From an uncultured bacterium (GTDB taxonomy: Bacteria; Eisenbacteria; RBG-16-71-46), in NCBI GenBank assembly GCA_964418975.1, contig CAYQNV010000068.1:3254-67253 (forward strand): a DNA stretch of 64,000 nucleotides, given 5' to 3'. Shown piece after piece: positions 31,224 to 41,730 of this stretch (within the stretch, counting starts at the first letter, position 1; each line of letters opens with the position of its first letter). The translations under genes were made by a program, and so were the position numbers. The notes under the pieces are model-generated. The model was given only the letters and a program-made list of their open reading frames with translations, ran no database searches and was not told where the DNA came from.

Positions 31224-31924
31224 ACGCCCCCCGCGTGCTGGTCATCGTGCCGGCGTACAACGAGGAAGCGAACCTGCCGGCCACGCTCGCCGAGATCCGC
31301 GCCAAGGCGCCGCAGGTCGAGGTGCTGGTCGTGGACGACGGCTCGCGCGACGGCACGACGCGCGTCGCGCGCGAGGCGGGCGTGCCGGTGGTTCGGCATC
31401 CCGTGAACCTCGGCGTGGGCGGGGCGCTCCAGACGGGATTCCGCTGGGCCTACGAACACGGCTACGACATCGGCGTGCAGCTCGATGCCGACGGACAACA
31501 CGACCCCGCCTACCTGTCGGCGCTACTCGCCCCGGTCGTCGAGGGGCGGTGCGATGTGAGCATCGGCTCGCGCTTCGTGTCCGCCACCGGCTACCACGCG
31601 CCGTGGAACCGCCGGCTCGGCATGCTCCTGTTCAGCGGCGTCGTGCGCCTGGCCCTGGGACGACCCATCTCCGACACCACGTCCGGATTTCGTGCCTACC
31701 ACCGCAACGTCATGCTCGTCTGCCAGCACGACTTTCCCAAGGACTTCCCGGATGCCCCATTGCTCATCGCGCTCGCTCGCCGCGGTTTCCGGCTCGACGA
31801 GGTGCCCGTGGTCATGCGCGAGCGTCACGCGGGGCAGTCGTTCTACACGCTCGGCAAGCAGCTCTACTACCCCTACAAGAACCTGCTCGCATCGCTCATG
31901 GCCCTGATCCGCAAGCCCACCTAG
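31220..31924 (+). CDS. GT2 glycosyltransferase, polyprenol-phosphate glycosyltransferase (DPM1/PpgS-like)
   Basis: Motifs IVPAYNEE, VVDDGSRD, NLGVGGALQTG, LDADGQHDP, GSRF, DTTSGFRAY. Confidence 0.9.
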   Translation: MNAPRVLVIVPAYNEEANLPATLAEIRAKAPQVEVLVVDDGSRDGTTRVAREAGVPVVRHPVNLGVGGALQTGFRWAYEHGYDIGVQLDADGQHDPAYLSALLAPVVEGRCDVSIGSRFVSATGYHAPWNRRLGMLLFSGVVRLALGRPISDTTSGFRAYHRNVMLVCQHDFPKDFPDAPLLIALARRGFRLDEVPVVMRERHAGQSFYTLGKQLYYPYKNLLASLMALIRKPT

Positions 31925-31933
31925 GAGGATGCC

Positions 31934-32308
31934 GTGACCTTCCTCTCGCGTACCCAGGTGATCACCGCGCTCGGCGCGGTGCTCATGGCGCTGTTCGTGC
32001 TCGACCTTGTGCGTCGCCGGAAGCTGTCCGAGGAGTACTCGCTGTTGTGGGTCATCGCCACCACGGTCATCGCCGTGCTCGGCTTTTCCACGCCGCTGCT
32101 CACGTGGATCACGCGCGTGCTGGGCTTCCTCGGCGAGTCGTCCACCACGTTCGCGTTCGGGCTGGCGTTCTCACTGGCCATGTTGCTCTACCTGTCGCTC
32201 AAGCTGTCGCGGCTCGGGTTCGAGAACCACACGCTCACCCGCGAGCTGGCACTCCTGCGCGACGAGGTCGAGAGCCTGCGCCACGGCCGCCAGGAGAGCC
32301 CGCGGTGA
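31934..32308 (+). CDS. DUF2304 family small membrane protein
   Basis: 124 aa; LVRRRKLSEEYSLLW, three hydrophobic segments, LTRELALL tail; directly after a GT2. Confidence 0.85.
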   Translation: MTFLSRTQVITALGAVLMALFVLDLVRRRKLSEEYSLLWVIATTVIAVLGFSTPLLTWITRVLGFLGESSTTFAFGLAFSLAMLLYLSLKLSRLGFENHTLTRELALLRDEVESLRHGRQESPR

Positions 32309-33312
32309 CACGCCTGCTGCAACTGTTGCTCGGCATCGGCGTCTCGACGCTGTGCGTCTGGCTGTCCATGAAGGACGTGCACTTCGGCGAAGTGCTCACC
32401 GCGCTCCGCGGCGCCAATCCGCTCGGGTTCGTGCTCGTCATGCTGGTGACGCTGTTCGGGTTCTGGCTGCGCGCTGTGCGCTGGCGTTACTTCATCCAGG
32501 CCGGGCGTCCGCTGCCGTTGGGTTCGCTGTTCAGCGCCACCATGATCGGTTTCATGGCCAACAACGTGCTTCCGTTTCGGCTTGGGGAGTTCGTGCGACC
32601 GTGGGCGCTGGCGCGCCGCGAGAAGCTCTCGAAGACCACGCTGCTCGCCACCGTGGTGGTGGAGCGGGTCGTGGACATGCTCACGCTGCTCGGCATCTTC
32701 GGCGTGAGCATGCTCGTGCACCCGATCGCCGAGAACACCGACGCCGGCCGGCTCGTGCAATGGGGTGCCCGGCTGCTCATCGCGCTGTGCGTCGCGCTCA
32801 CCGTGTTCGTGATCGCGGTGGAGCGCAACCGCAATCTCGCGCAGGCGGTGGTGCGCTTCGTGACCGCGCCGCTGCCGGGCGAGACTCACGCGCGCGTCGC
32901 GCTCATGCTCGAGCGATTCCTCGAGGGGCTGGGCCTGTTCCGCGACGTGCGCCGGCTGCTGCTGGTGTTCGCGCTCTCGTTCACGATGTTCCTGTGCTTC
33001 GCGCTGGCGCTGAGCGTGAGCCTGTGGTCGCTCGACATCGCGCTGCCGTGGTACGCGGGCCTTGTCATGCTGGTGATCACCGCGATCGGCATCATGGTCC
33101 CGGCCGCCCCGGGCTATATCGGAACGCTCAATATCGCTTGCACGGCGGGCCTGGCGCTGTTCGGCGTGGGCAAGGCCCAGTCGGTGCCGTTCTCGTGGTT
33201 CTACTTCTTCAGCCAGTGGCTGCCCATCACCGCGGTGGGACTCGTCTACCTGAATCGCGAGGGGCTGTCGCTCCGCTCGCTGGGGCAGGCCGAAGGCGAG
33301 GAGGGCGCTTGA
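32305..33312 (+). CDS. UPF0104 / LPG-synthase TM-domain flippase-like protein
   Basis: Motifs LRAVRWRYF, GFMANNVLPFRLGEFVRP, VVERVVD, PAAPGYIG. Confidence 0.88.
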   Translation: MTRLLQLLLGIGVSTLCVWLSMKDVHFGEVLTALRGANPLGFVLVMLVTLFGFWLRAVRWRYFIQAGRPLPLGSLFSATMIGFMANNVLPFRLGEFVRPWALARREKLSKTTLLATVVVERVVDMLTLLGIFGVSMLVHPIAENTDAGRLVQWGARLLIALCVALTVFVIAVERNRNLAQAVVRFVTAPLPGETHARVALMLERFLEGLGLFRDVRRLLLVFALSFTMFLCFALALSVSLWSLDIALPWYAGLVMLVITAIGIMVPAAPGYIGTLNIACTAGLALFGVGKAQSVPFSWFYFFSQWLPITAVGLVYLNREGLSLRSLGQAEGEEGA

Positions 33313-33314
33313 GC

Positions 33315-34541
33315 CTAGACCTGGAACGCGGCCGCGAGGCGCGAGACGGCGGTGACGACGTCGTCCACGTCGCGGTCGCTCATGCGTGGGAACAACGGCA
33401 GCGTGATCGCGCGCCGGTACGCGTCCTCGGCCACGGGGAACGCGCCGGGCGCAAGCGCGAGACTGTCGCGGAAGTGTGGATGCAGGTGAATGGGAATGAA
33501 GTGAACGCTGGTGCCGATGTTCTCGGCGCGCAGCTCCTCGATGAAGCGCGCTCGGTCGATGTTCAGTCGTTCCAGCTCGAGCGCGATGGGGTACAGGTGC
33601 CACGCGTGCGTCATGCCGGGCCGGGTGCGCGGCAGCCGCACCTGGGGCACGCCGGCCAGCCCCGCCTCATAGCGCGCCACGATCTCGTGCCGCCGGCGCT
33701 GCGACTCGTCAAAGCGTTCGAGCTGGGCCACGCCGATGGCGGCGAGCAGGTCGGACAGGTTGTACTTCCAGCCCGGCGCCGTGACCTCGTAGAACCACGA
33801 CCCACCGGCGCCGTACCGCTTCCACGCGTCGCGGTTCATGCCGTGCAGGGACAGCAGTTGGATGCGGGCCGCGAGCTCATCGTCGTCGGTCACGACCGCG
33901 CCGCCCTCGCCGGTGGTGAGGTTCTTGGTGGCGTAGAACGAGAACACTGTGACGTCTGCGAGCGCCGCCGAGCCCACCGGGCGGCCGCGCGAGGCGGCCC
34001 CGAGCGAGTGCGCCGCGTCATCCACCAACGTGATACCCCGCCCCGAGGTCATGGCACGCAGCGCGTCGTGGTCGCAGGGGTGTCCCGCGTAGTCCACGCT
34101 GAGCACGACTTTCGTGCGAGGCGTGATCGCGGCCTCGACTCGGCGCGGATCGATGCACAGCGTGTCGGGCTCCACGTCCACGAGCACCGGCCTGGCGCGC
34201 ACGTGCTCGATCACGTTCACCGTGGCCACGAACGTGTAGGGCGTGGTGATGACCTCGTCGCCCGGCCCCAGTCCGAGTGCTTCGAGCGTGAGGTGCAGTC
34301 CCCCCGTGGCGCTGTTCACCACCACGGCATGCTTGGCCGACGCCAGCTCGGCGATCCGTTTCGCGAGTTCGAACGTGCGCGGGCCAGTGGTGATCCAGCC
34401 CGAGTCGAGCGCCTGCATGACGAGCTCGCGCTCGCGCGGCCCGATGTCCGGCACCGCGATGGGCAGGAACTCGCTGCGCACGGGTGTGCCGCCCTGGGAG
34501 GCGAGCTGGCCAGCGGTCGGGAGCGGAGCGGGATCTTGCAT
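33315..34541 (-). CDS. DegT/DnrJ/EryC1/StrS sugar aminotransferase (ArnB/SpsC-like)
   Basis: Motifs SGWITTGP, NSATGGLH, DDAAHSLG, FSFYATKNLTTGEGG, GWKYNLSD. Confidence 0.93.
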   Translation of the reverse strand: MQDPAPLPTAGQLASQGGTPVRSEFLPIAVPDIGPRERELVMQALDSGWITTGPRTFELAKRIAELASAKHAVVVNSATGGLHLTLEALGLGPGDEVITTPYTFVATVNVIEHVRARPVLVDVEPDTLCIDPRRVEAAITPRTKVVLSVDYAGHPCDHDALRAMTSGRGITLVDDAAHSLGAASRGRPVGSAALADVTVFSFYATKNLTTGEGGAVVTDDDELAARIQLLSLHGMNRDAWKRYGAGGSWFYEVTAPGWKYNLSDLLAAIGVAQLERFDESQRRRHEIVARYEAGLAGVPQVRLPRTRPGMTHAWHLYPIALELERLNIDRARFIEELRAENIGTSVHFIPIHLHPHFRDSLALAPGAFPVAEDAYRRAITLPLFPRMSDRDVDDVVTAVSRLAAAFQV

Positions 34542-34606
34542 CGTCCCAGTCTAAGGCCACGGCGCAGGGTCGCGCCACTGCGCGCGGCCTGATCGGCACA
34601 CTCCCC

Positions 34607-36139
34607 ATGACTCCCACCCGCCGGAAGTTCACCCGCGATTCGCTCGGCCTGGCGATCACCCAGTACCTCGTTCGCGCGATGAGCATGGGGCGCAGCTTCG
34701 TGGCGGCGAAGCTGCTGGATCCCACCTCGTTCGGCGCGTGGAACGCGCTCCAGCTCATGATGGACTACGGTTCGCTCGCGCCGCTGGGCACGCAGCAGGG
34801 CCTGGACCAGATGGTGCCGGGGCGACTGGTGGAGGGCGATGCCGAGCGCATCGCCCGCGCGAAGCGCGCGGCGCTGTTCAACGTGGTGGTGCTCACGCTG
34901 GTGTTCGCGGCGTTCGGGCTGAGCTGGGCGTCGGTGGGCAGCAGCCGCATGCGCGCGTTCTGGCACCTGAGCGGGCTGGCGGTGGCGCTCCTGTGCGTGA
35001 TGCTGGTGAACCTGGCGAACGTCGGCACCAGCATCCTGCGCTCGCACGGCGATTTCGGCGGAGTCACCCGCTGGTTCGTGCTGCAGGGTCTCGTGGGTTC
35101 CGGGCTCGGGCTCGTGCTCATGGTGTGGCTCGGGCGCTGGGGGCTGCTGTGGGGCTGGCTCGCGGGCTGCCTGGTGGCGTTCCTGTTCGTGGCCTGGCGC
35201 GGCCGGCGCATCCTGCCGCGCTGGCCCGCCGCGGCCGTGGAGAGCCTCGACCTGCTGCAGATCGGGCTGCCGCTCTACGTGTTCAGCGCCAGCAGCATCG
35301 TCATGCGGAACCTCGATCGCATCGTCGTGCTGCGTTTCCTCGGCACGCAGGCGCTTGGCTTTTACGGATTGTCCGTGAGCGTGCTCACGCTGCTCATGGC
35401 GATCCCGGACTCGCTCGTCTACGTGAGCTATCCGATGTTGGTGCGCCGGTTCAGTGAGTCGGGAGGCGACCGAGCGTCGATCCGCGAGCGCGTCGAGCGG
35501 CTGGTGCGCGGAGTGGCCGTGGGACTGCCGCTCGTGGCGGGTCTGTGCGCACTGTGGTCGCGCGATGTGGTGCACGCCGTGCTGCCGCGCTACGACGAGT
35601 GCGTGGCGCCGCTGCGCGTGCTGGCGTTCGGCGCCACGGGATTGTCGATGTCGGCGTTCGCCTCGATCGTGCTCATGACCGTCGGGCGGAGCATCCTTCT
35701 CGTACCCGCCGCGGTGTTCCTCACCGCGATGTCGGGCGGACTGCAACTCCTGTCGCTGCGCTGGAACGGCGGCCTCACCGGCATCGCCAGCGCGTCGGCG
35801 GTGGCGTATGTCGTGAGCGGGAGCGTGCTGCTCTCGCTCGCGGCGGTCGGGTTGGGGTACTCGTTCCAGCGCATGCTCGTGTTGATCGTGCGCTGCGTCC
35901 TGCCCACCGGGCTCGCCGCATTGCTCGCCTGGGGCGCGTCGTGGGTGTTCCTGCGCGAGGCGGGGCCGTTCACATGGCTCGCACTCGCGCGACTGCTCGC
36001 GGCCTCGACCGCGTTCGCCGCCGTGTACCTGCTGGGCGTGTCGCCGTTCGCGCGCGGAATCGGATTCCGCTCGCTCGCCTCCGAGTTCAAGCTGCCGTCC
36101 TTCGGCCGCCCGGCGGATCCGCCCGAGGGCGAGTCGTGA
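34607..36139 (+). CDS. Second Wzx-like flippase / polysaccharide biosynthesis membrane protein
   Basis: Multi-TM; LLDPTSFGAW, LDRIVVLRFLGTQALGFYGL. Confidence 0.8.
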   Translation: MTPTRRKFTRDSLGLAITQYLVRAMSMGRSFVAAKLLDPTSFGAWNALQLMMDYGSLAPLGTQQGLDQMVPGRLVEGDAERIARAKRAALFNVVVLTLVFAAFGLSWASVGSSRMRAFWHLSGLAVALLCVMLVNLANVGTSILRSHGDFGGVTRWFVLQGLVGSGLGLVLMVWLGRWGLLWGWLAGCLVAFLFVAWRGRRILPRWPAAAVESLDLLQIGLPLYVFSASSIVMRNLDRIVVLRFLGTQALGFYGLSVSVLTLLMAIPDSLVYVSYPMLVRRFSESGGDRASIRERVERLVRGVAVGLPLVAGLCALWSRDVVHAVLPRYDECVAPLRVLAFGATGLSMSAFASIVLMTVGRSILLVPAAVFLTAMSGGLQLLSLRWNGGLTGIASASAVAYVVSGSVLLSLAAVGLGYSFQRMLVLIVRCVLPTGLAALLAWGASWVFLREAGPFTWLALARLLAASTAFAAVYLLGVSPFARGIGFRSLASEFKLPSFGRPADPPEGES

Positions 36140-38679
36140 TCGGTTCAGTCGCGAAACGACTGCTGCCGCCGCTCGCCGGGCTCGCCCTTGCGGCAGGGCT
36201 CGGGAGCGGATCGCTCGAGGGCGTGCCAGCATTCCCGCGGCTCTCGCTCGCGTTCGTGGCAGTGGTGCTGCTGCCGGGTGAAGCGTGGCGCCGGGCCCTC
36301 GGCGCGCAGGCCCCCGGGGGGGCATGGCTCGCGCCCGGTTGGGCGCTCGGCTACGGCGTCGCGTGGTTGGGCCTCGGCGTGTTGCTCGCCCGACTGGCTG
36401 GCCTGCCATTCACCGTGCTGGCCGATGCGGGCGCGCCGTGGGCGGCACTGCCATGGCTCGCGGCCGCGTTCATGTCACCCGAGGCGCCCACGCTGCACGC
36501 TCGTCCGCCGGCGTTGGGGCGCGCGGCCGCGCTGGCCGTGGCGCTCGCCGCGCTGCTCGCCGCGGTGCACGTGGGCCAGACTGGCCCGCCCATCACTTAT
36601 TACAGTGATTCGCCCGATCACGTCGGAACCATCCGGCGCATGCTGGCGAGCGGCGATGCGTTCCCCACCGACGCATTCTTCCGCGACGCCGGCCCCAGCG
36701 GGGTCGATCCGCGCAAGGGCCTCTGGCACCCGGAGGTGGCGCTGGTGTGCGCGCTCGCGAACGTGGACCCGCTCGCGGCGTGGCGCGGCCTCGCGGTATT
36801 ACTCGCGCCGCTGTTCGTGTTGAACGCCGCGGCATTCGCGTTCCGCCTGGGGGGAGGGCTCGGAGCGGCCGCGGGCGCGTGGGCATTGCTGCTCACCTAC
36901 GGGGGCGGACTCGCGTCCCATTACTTGAGCGAGGCCGTGTTCGCCACCAAGCTCGCGGACCAACTGGCGCTCGCCACCGCGACCGCGCTGCTCGTGGACC
37001 TCGACCGGCGCACGCCGCGCTCGCTCGCCGCCGTGGCCGGGCTGGCGCTCGGCACCGTGTCGGTGCACGTGTTCGGTGCGGTCCAGTTCGCCATCACGTT
37101 CGGCGCACTCGGCGTGGGGCTGCTCGTGCGCGACCGCGCCTGGTCTCCACCGCTCGCGCGGCTCGCGCGCACGTCGCTCGTGTGCGCACTCGTGACGGCA
37201 CCCTACCTCGGCTGGCGCGCGCTCCAGGCCTACGCTCCGGCCAACACCCTCCACACCGCGACGCAGGGCATGCTCGAGTTGGTGCCGGGCGCCACGATCG
37301 TGTCATTCGGGACGCTGTGGGACTGGCTGGGCCCGGCCTGGGTGCTGTTCCCGCTGTCGCTGTTCGCGTGGGCTCGCGCCTCGCGCGGGACGGCGGCGCT
37401 CTACCTGCTCACCAGCACGCTGGCGGTGGCCACGCTGATGTTCTGCCCACCGGTCGTGGCGCTGCTCGAGCCGCGGCTCGGCTACCTGCTCATGCGGCTG
37501 CCCTGGCTCCTGCCCGGCTCCGCCGCCGCGGCGTTCCTGGTGGTCGCGACGCGCGACGCGTGGGGCGAGCGCCACCGCGTGGCGGCCGTGGCCTCGCTCG
37601 TGGTGCTCGGACTGGGGCTCGCGGGACCAGTCGAGGATGCCGTTCGGGCCGCCGTGACCGACGGCGCGTCCCGCCGGGCGCCGGGTCCGACCAGTGTCGA
37701 GCGCTGGGCGGACGCGATGACGTGGATGGATCGCGAGCTGCCCGCGGGTACCGTGGTGCTCGCCGACCCCGCCACCAGCTACGCGGTGCCCATGCTGACG
37801 CGACACTGGGTCACGTCGCTCGTGGACCAGCACAGCTCGCCCAATGATTCGCTGGCGCTGGCGCGTATCCTCGACGCTCGCGATGCGCTCGACCCGTATG
37901 CGCCGTGGTCGCGCACGGCCCAGGTCGTGCGCCGCTGGGGCGCCACGGCCGTTGTGTTGAACGGCCGCTTCGAGGAGCCCCCGGCGCTCGACATCTGGGC
38001 GCCCAACCCGGACTGGTACGCCGCCGCACGCGCTCGGTTCGAGCGCGCGCCGCAGGCGTTCGAGCGCGTGTACGAGGCAGACCGCTTCACGGTGTACCGG
38101 CTGCACCGCGGGATCCTGGACTCGCTCGTGGGCGGGGACTCGCCGCGGCCGTTCGTGCGGGCGCCCGGGCCCGACGATCGCGCGCGCGCGCTGGGCCCGG
38201 GCCTCCCGCAACTGGTGTCGTTCCGGCTGGGTACCACCGAGGCCGCGCACGGCGACACGCTGGCCGGGCTGCTCGAGTGGCGAGCCCCTTCGCCACTCGC
38301 GGCCGGCTCCTACAGCGTGTCGGTGCGTTTCGACCGCGCGTTGCCCGCGGACGTGCCGCGTTCGCCGGCCGCGGTCTCGAAGCCTTGGCGAAAACTGGTC
38401 GAGAGGCTCCGCGGCGAGCGCTACCGTTTCCGCGCGGACCACCTTCCCGCCGGAGGAGCCTACGGCGTGGACTGCTGGGCGCCGGGCGAGGTGGTGCGCG
38501 ACACGTTCCGGATCGAGGTACCGCGCGACGTCGCGGCGGGTGACTACACCGTGAAGGTGAGCATGTCGCACCAGCCGCACTATCCGAACCTGCGGCTCCA
38601 GGACTTGTTGAGCGATGACGACCTGCTGGACGGCCTCGAAGTGGCGCGGCTCCAGGTCGCTCGCCGAGCGGGGCGCTGA
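36136..38679 (+). CDS. Large polytopic membrane protein, GT-C-like
   Basis: GTG 36136. Many TM segments, an early loop motif YSDSPDH and a long soluble C-terminal domain; no clear named family. Confidence 0.55.
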   Translation: MIGSVAKRLLPPLAGLALAAGLGSGSLEGVPAFPRLSLAFVAVVLLPGEAWRRALGAQAPGGAWLAPGWALGYGVAWLGLGVLLARLAGLPFTVLADAGAPWAALPWLAAAFMSPEAPTLHARPPALGRAAALAVALAALLAAVHVGQTGPPITYYSDSPDHVGTIRRMLASGDAFPTDAFFRDAGPSGVDPRKGLWHPEVALVCALANVDPLAAWRGLAVLLAPLFVLNAAAFAFRLGGGLGAAAGAWALLLTYGGGLASHYLSEAVFATKLADQLALATATALLVDLDRRTPRSLAAVAGLALGTVSVHVFGAVQFAITFGALGVGLLVRDRAWSPPLARLARTSLVCALVTAPYLGWRALQAYAPANTLHTATQGMLELVPGATIVSFGTLWDWLGPAWVLFPLSLFAWARASRGTAALYLLTSTLAVATLMFCPPVVALLEPRLGYLLMRLPWLLPGSAAAAFLVVATRDAWGERHRVAAVASLVVLGLGLAGPVEDAVRAAVTDGASRRAPGPTSVERWADAMTWMDRELPAGTVVLADPATSYAVPMLTRHWVTSLVDQHSSPNDSLALARILDARDALDPYAPWSRTAQVVRRWGATAVVLNGRFEEPPALDIWAPNPDWYAAARARFERAPQAFERVYEADRFTVYRLHRGILDSLVGGDSPRPFVRAPGPDDRARALGPGLPQLVSFRLGTTEAAHGDTLAGLLEWRAPSPLAAGSYSVSVRFDRALPADVPRSPAAVSKPWRKLVERLRGERYRFRADHLPAGGAYGVDCWAPGEVVRDTFRIEVPRDVAAGDYTVKVSMSHQPHYPNLRLQDLLSDDDLLDGLEVARLQVARRAGR

Positions 38680-38681
38680 TC

Positions 38682-40622
38682 ATGTGCGGCGTGAATGGCG
38701 TGTTCTGGTATCGCGGTGGTCATGCCGATGTCGAGATCGTGCGCGCCCAGGCTCGTGCGCAGCGCCACCGCGGGCCCGACGACGCCGGCGTGTGGGCGGA
38801 AGGCCCGGTGGCGCTGGGCCACCGGCGGCTCTCCATCGTGGACCTCTCACCCGGAGGGCATCAGCCGCTGGCCAACGAGGACGACACGGTCCACGTGGTG
38901 TTCAATGGCGAGCTCTACAACTGGCCCGAGGTCATGCCGCAACTCCTCGCGCGCGGGCATCGGTTCCGCGGACGCAGCGATACCGAGATGCTGTTGCACC
39001 TTTGGGAGGAGCGAGGCGCGGACCTTGTGCTCGAGCTGCGCGGCATGTTCGCGTTCGGGCTCTACGACTCGCGCCTCCGCCGCTTGCTGCTGGCACGCGA
39101 CCGGGTGGGGAAGAAGCCGCTCTACTGGCACGACGACGGCCGTCGCGTCGTGTTCGCGAGCGAGCTGAAGAGCCTGCTCGTGGATCCCTCGGTGCCGCGG
39201 GACCCGGACCCGGCGGCCATCGCCGACTACCTGACGTTTGGCTACGTGCCCGCCCCGGGCAGCATCCTGGCGGGGATCCGCAAGCTGCCGGCGGGCCATC
39301 GCCTGATGTGCGACGAACACGGACCACGCGTGGAGCGTTACTGGGAGCTGCCGTTCACCACCAACTCCACGCTCTCGGAGCACGAGGCGGTGGAAGGGCT
39401 GCGCGACCGCCTGCGCGAAGCGGTGCGCGTGCGGCTCATGTCCGACGTGCCGCTGGGCGCGTTCCTCTCGGGCGGCATCGATTCGAGCGCGGTGGTGGCG
39501 ATGATGACGCAGGTGTCGAGCACGCGCGTCAAGACCTACAGCATCGGATTCGAGGAGGCGGATTTCAGCGAGCTCCAGCACGCACGCCGGGTGGCGGAGC
39601 ACCTCGGCACCGAGCACCACGAGCTGGTGGTTCGCCCGCGAGCGCTGGAGCTGCTGCCGCGACTCGTGTGGGGCCTCGACGAACCGTTCGCCGATGCCTC
39701 GATGGTGCCGACGTTCCATGTATCGGAGATGGCGCGCGCACACGTCACGGTGGCGCTGTCGGGCGACGGCGGCGACGAGGCGTTCGCGGGCTACACCACC
39801 TACGACTGGGCCCGCTCCTACGCCCGTTTCGACGCCCTGCCTCTGGGGCTCCGCCAACTCGTGGCCGTGCCGGGAGCGTGGCTGCCATCCGACCATCCGC
39901 TCGGTCGTCGGCTCCGCCGCTTCGGCATGCGATCCGCGGATCGCCACCTCGACGTGATGTCGCAGTTCCCGTCCCGAGAGCTGCACGTGATGCTGTCGCC
40001 GTCGTTGCGCGACGCCGTGCGGGGACATGCGCCCCTGGCGGCGGCCCGCGCGCTGCACGCGCGCGCCGCGCGCGGGCTGGGCGAGCTGGCCGCGCTGCCT
40101 GCGCTGGACGCGCTCACCTATATGATCGACGACGTGCTGGTGAAGGTGGATCGCACGAGCATGATGAACTCGCTCGAGACGCGTGCGCCGCTGCTCGACC
40201 ATCACGTGCTCGAGTGGGCGGCACGGCTGCCGTTCGAGTACAAGCTGCGCGGCAACGTCAGTAAGTGGGTGCTTCGCGAGTGTGTCCGGCCGCTGCTTCC
40301 CCCCGCCATCCTGGCCCGCGACAAACAGGGATTCGGCGTGCCGCTCGAGCGCTGGTTCGCCGGAGACTTCGGACGACTCGCGCGCGAGGTCCTGCTCGAC
40401 GGCCGCACGCGCGCACGCGGTTGGCTGGCGCCCGGGGCGGTCGAGCGCCTGCTCGCCGGCGAGGATGTGCGCGACGAGCTGCGCGCCAGGCGCGTGTACA
40501 CGCTCGTCTGCCTCGAACTGTGGGCGCGCTGCTGCCTGGATCGCCCGCGCACGGAGCTCGCCGCACCGACCGACGGGCCCTATCCGCTGCACGCGGCGGT
40601 CGCCGCAACGGCGATGGGTTGA
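38682..40622 (+). CDS. asnB: Asparagine synthase-like glutamine amidotransferase (glycan amidation type)
   Basis: N-terminal MCG, HRGPDD, GHRRLSI, FNGELYN, LSGGIDSS, SGDGGDE, SLETRAPLLD, KQGFGVP. Confidence 0.93.
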   Translation: MCGVNGVFWYRGGHADVEIVRAQARAQRHRGPDDAGVWAEGPVALGHRRLSIVDLSPGGHQPLANEDDTVHVVFNGELYNWPEVMPQLLARGHRFRGRSDTEMLLHLWEERGADLVLELRGMFAFGLYDSRLRRLLLARDRVGKKPLYWHDDGRRVVFASELKSLLVDPSVPRDPDPAAIADYLTFGYVPAPGSILAGIRKLPAGHRLMCDEHGPRVERYWELPFTTNSTLSEHEAVEGLRDRLREAVRVRLMSDVPLGAFLSGGIDSSAVVAMMTQVSSTRVKTYSIGFEEADFSELQHARRVAEHLGTEHHELVVRPRALELLPRLVWGLDEPFADASMVPTFHVSEMARAHVTVALSGDGGDEAFAGYTTYDWARSYARFDALPLGLRQLVAVPGAWLPSDHPLGRRLRRFGMRSADRHLDVMSQFPSRELHVMLSPSLRDAVRGHAPLAAARALHARAARGLGELAALPALDALTYMIDDVLVKVDRTSMMNSLETRAPLLDHHVLEWAARLPFEYKLRGNVSKWVLRECVRPLLPPAILARDKQGFGVPLERWFAGDFGRLAREVLLDGRTRARGWLAPGAVERLLAGEDVRDELRARRVYTLVCLELWARCCLDRPRTELAAPTDGPYPLHAAVAATAMG

Positions 40623-40626
40623 GCTC

Positions 40627-41730
40627 GTGAATCTCGCCATCCTGATCGGGCACTTCCCGCCGGCCGCGTATGGCGGCGCCGAGCTGCAGGCCGAGGGCTG
40701 GGCTCGGCACCTGGCGGCGCGCCACCGCGTCACCGTGCTGACCCGTGCCGACCCGCAGCGACCGCCGGGCCGCGAGTCGCGCGAGGGCTTCGACATCCTG
40801 CGCCTGCCCGTCTCACGTGTGCCGGGCTGGCGCACGCTGGCCGATCTGCTCGGGATCGAGCGCGCACTCGCCGCGCTGGAACCGCGTCCCGAACTGCTGC
40901 TGTGCTTCCAGACGTTCATCTCCGGATGGGCCGGCACGCGCGCCGGCGCGCGGCTCGGGATCCCGGCAGTGGTGTGGGTGCGCGGCGAGGCCGAGTATCG
41001 GCTCGGGGCGTCACGCTTCCACCGTTGGCTGTCACCGCGGGTGTGGGCTGCCGCCACCGGAGTGCTGGTTCAGAGCGAGGCCAACCGCACGGACCTGCTG
41101 TCCGAGCTCGAGCGCTGGTCGCCCGGGCTTGCGCCCCGCGTGCGCGGGCGGATGTCCGTCGTGGAGAACGGGCTCGACCTGCCCGAGGCGAGTCCGCCGC
41201 CCGCCGATGGGCCCGTGCTGAGCGTGGGTCGGCTGATCGCCGACAAGGGCTTCGACGTCGCCATCACCGCGTGCGCTCGCGCCGGGCTGCCGCTCACCAT
41301 CGCCGGCGACGGTCCCGAGCGCGGCGCCCTCGAGGCGCTCGCGCGCAGTCTCGACGCCGACGTGCGGTTCACGGGCTACGTGGGGCGCGACGAGCTGGCG
41401 CGTCTCTACGCCGGATCACGCGCGGTGGTCCTGGCCGCGCGTCGTGGCGAGGGGCTCCCGAACGTGCTGCTCGAGGCCATGGCTCACGCTCGTCCGGTCG
41501 TGGCCACGCCGTGCGCCGGCACCCGGGACCTGCTGGCCGACGGCGCGAACGGGCTGCTCGTGCCGCCGGGAGACGCGCCGGCGCTCGCGGCCGCACTCGG
41601 TCGCCTCCTCGCCGAGCCCGACGGTACGGCACGCCTCGCGGCCGCGGCGCGCGCCACGGCGGGGCGATTCGAGTGGGGCCAGGTGCAACCGCGCCTCGAG
41701 GCGGCACTCGAGCGCTGGCGGCGCCGATGA
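40627..41730 (+). CDS. GT4 glycosyltransferase
   Basis: Motifs YGGAELQA, VGRLIADKG, EGLPNVLLEAMAHARPVVAT. Confidence 0.9.
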   Translation: MNLAILIGHFPPAAYGGAELQAEGWARHLAARHRVTVLTRADPQRPPGRESREGFDILRLPVSRVPGWRTLADLLGIERALAALEPRPELLLCFQTFISGWAGTRAGARLGIPAVVWVRGEAEYRLGASRFHRWLSPRVWAAATGVLVQSEANRTDLLSELERWSPGLAPRVRGRMSVVENGLDLPEASPPPADGPVLSVGRLIADKGFDVAITACARAGLPLTIAGDGPERGALEALARSLDADVRFTGYVGRDELARLYAGSRAVVLAARRGEGLPNVLLEAMAHARPVVATPCAGTRDLLADGANGLLVPPGDAPALAAALGRLLAEPDGTARLAAAARATAGRFEWGQVQPRLEAALERWRRR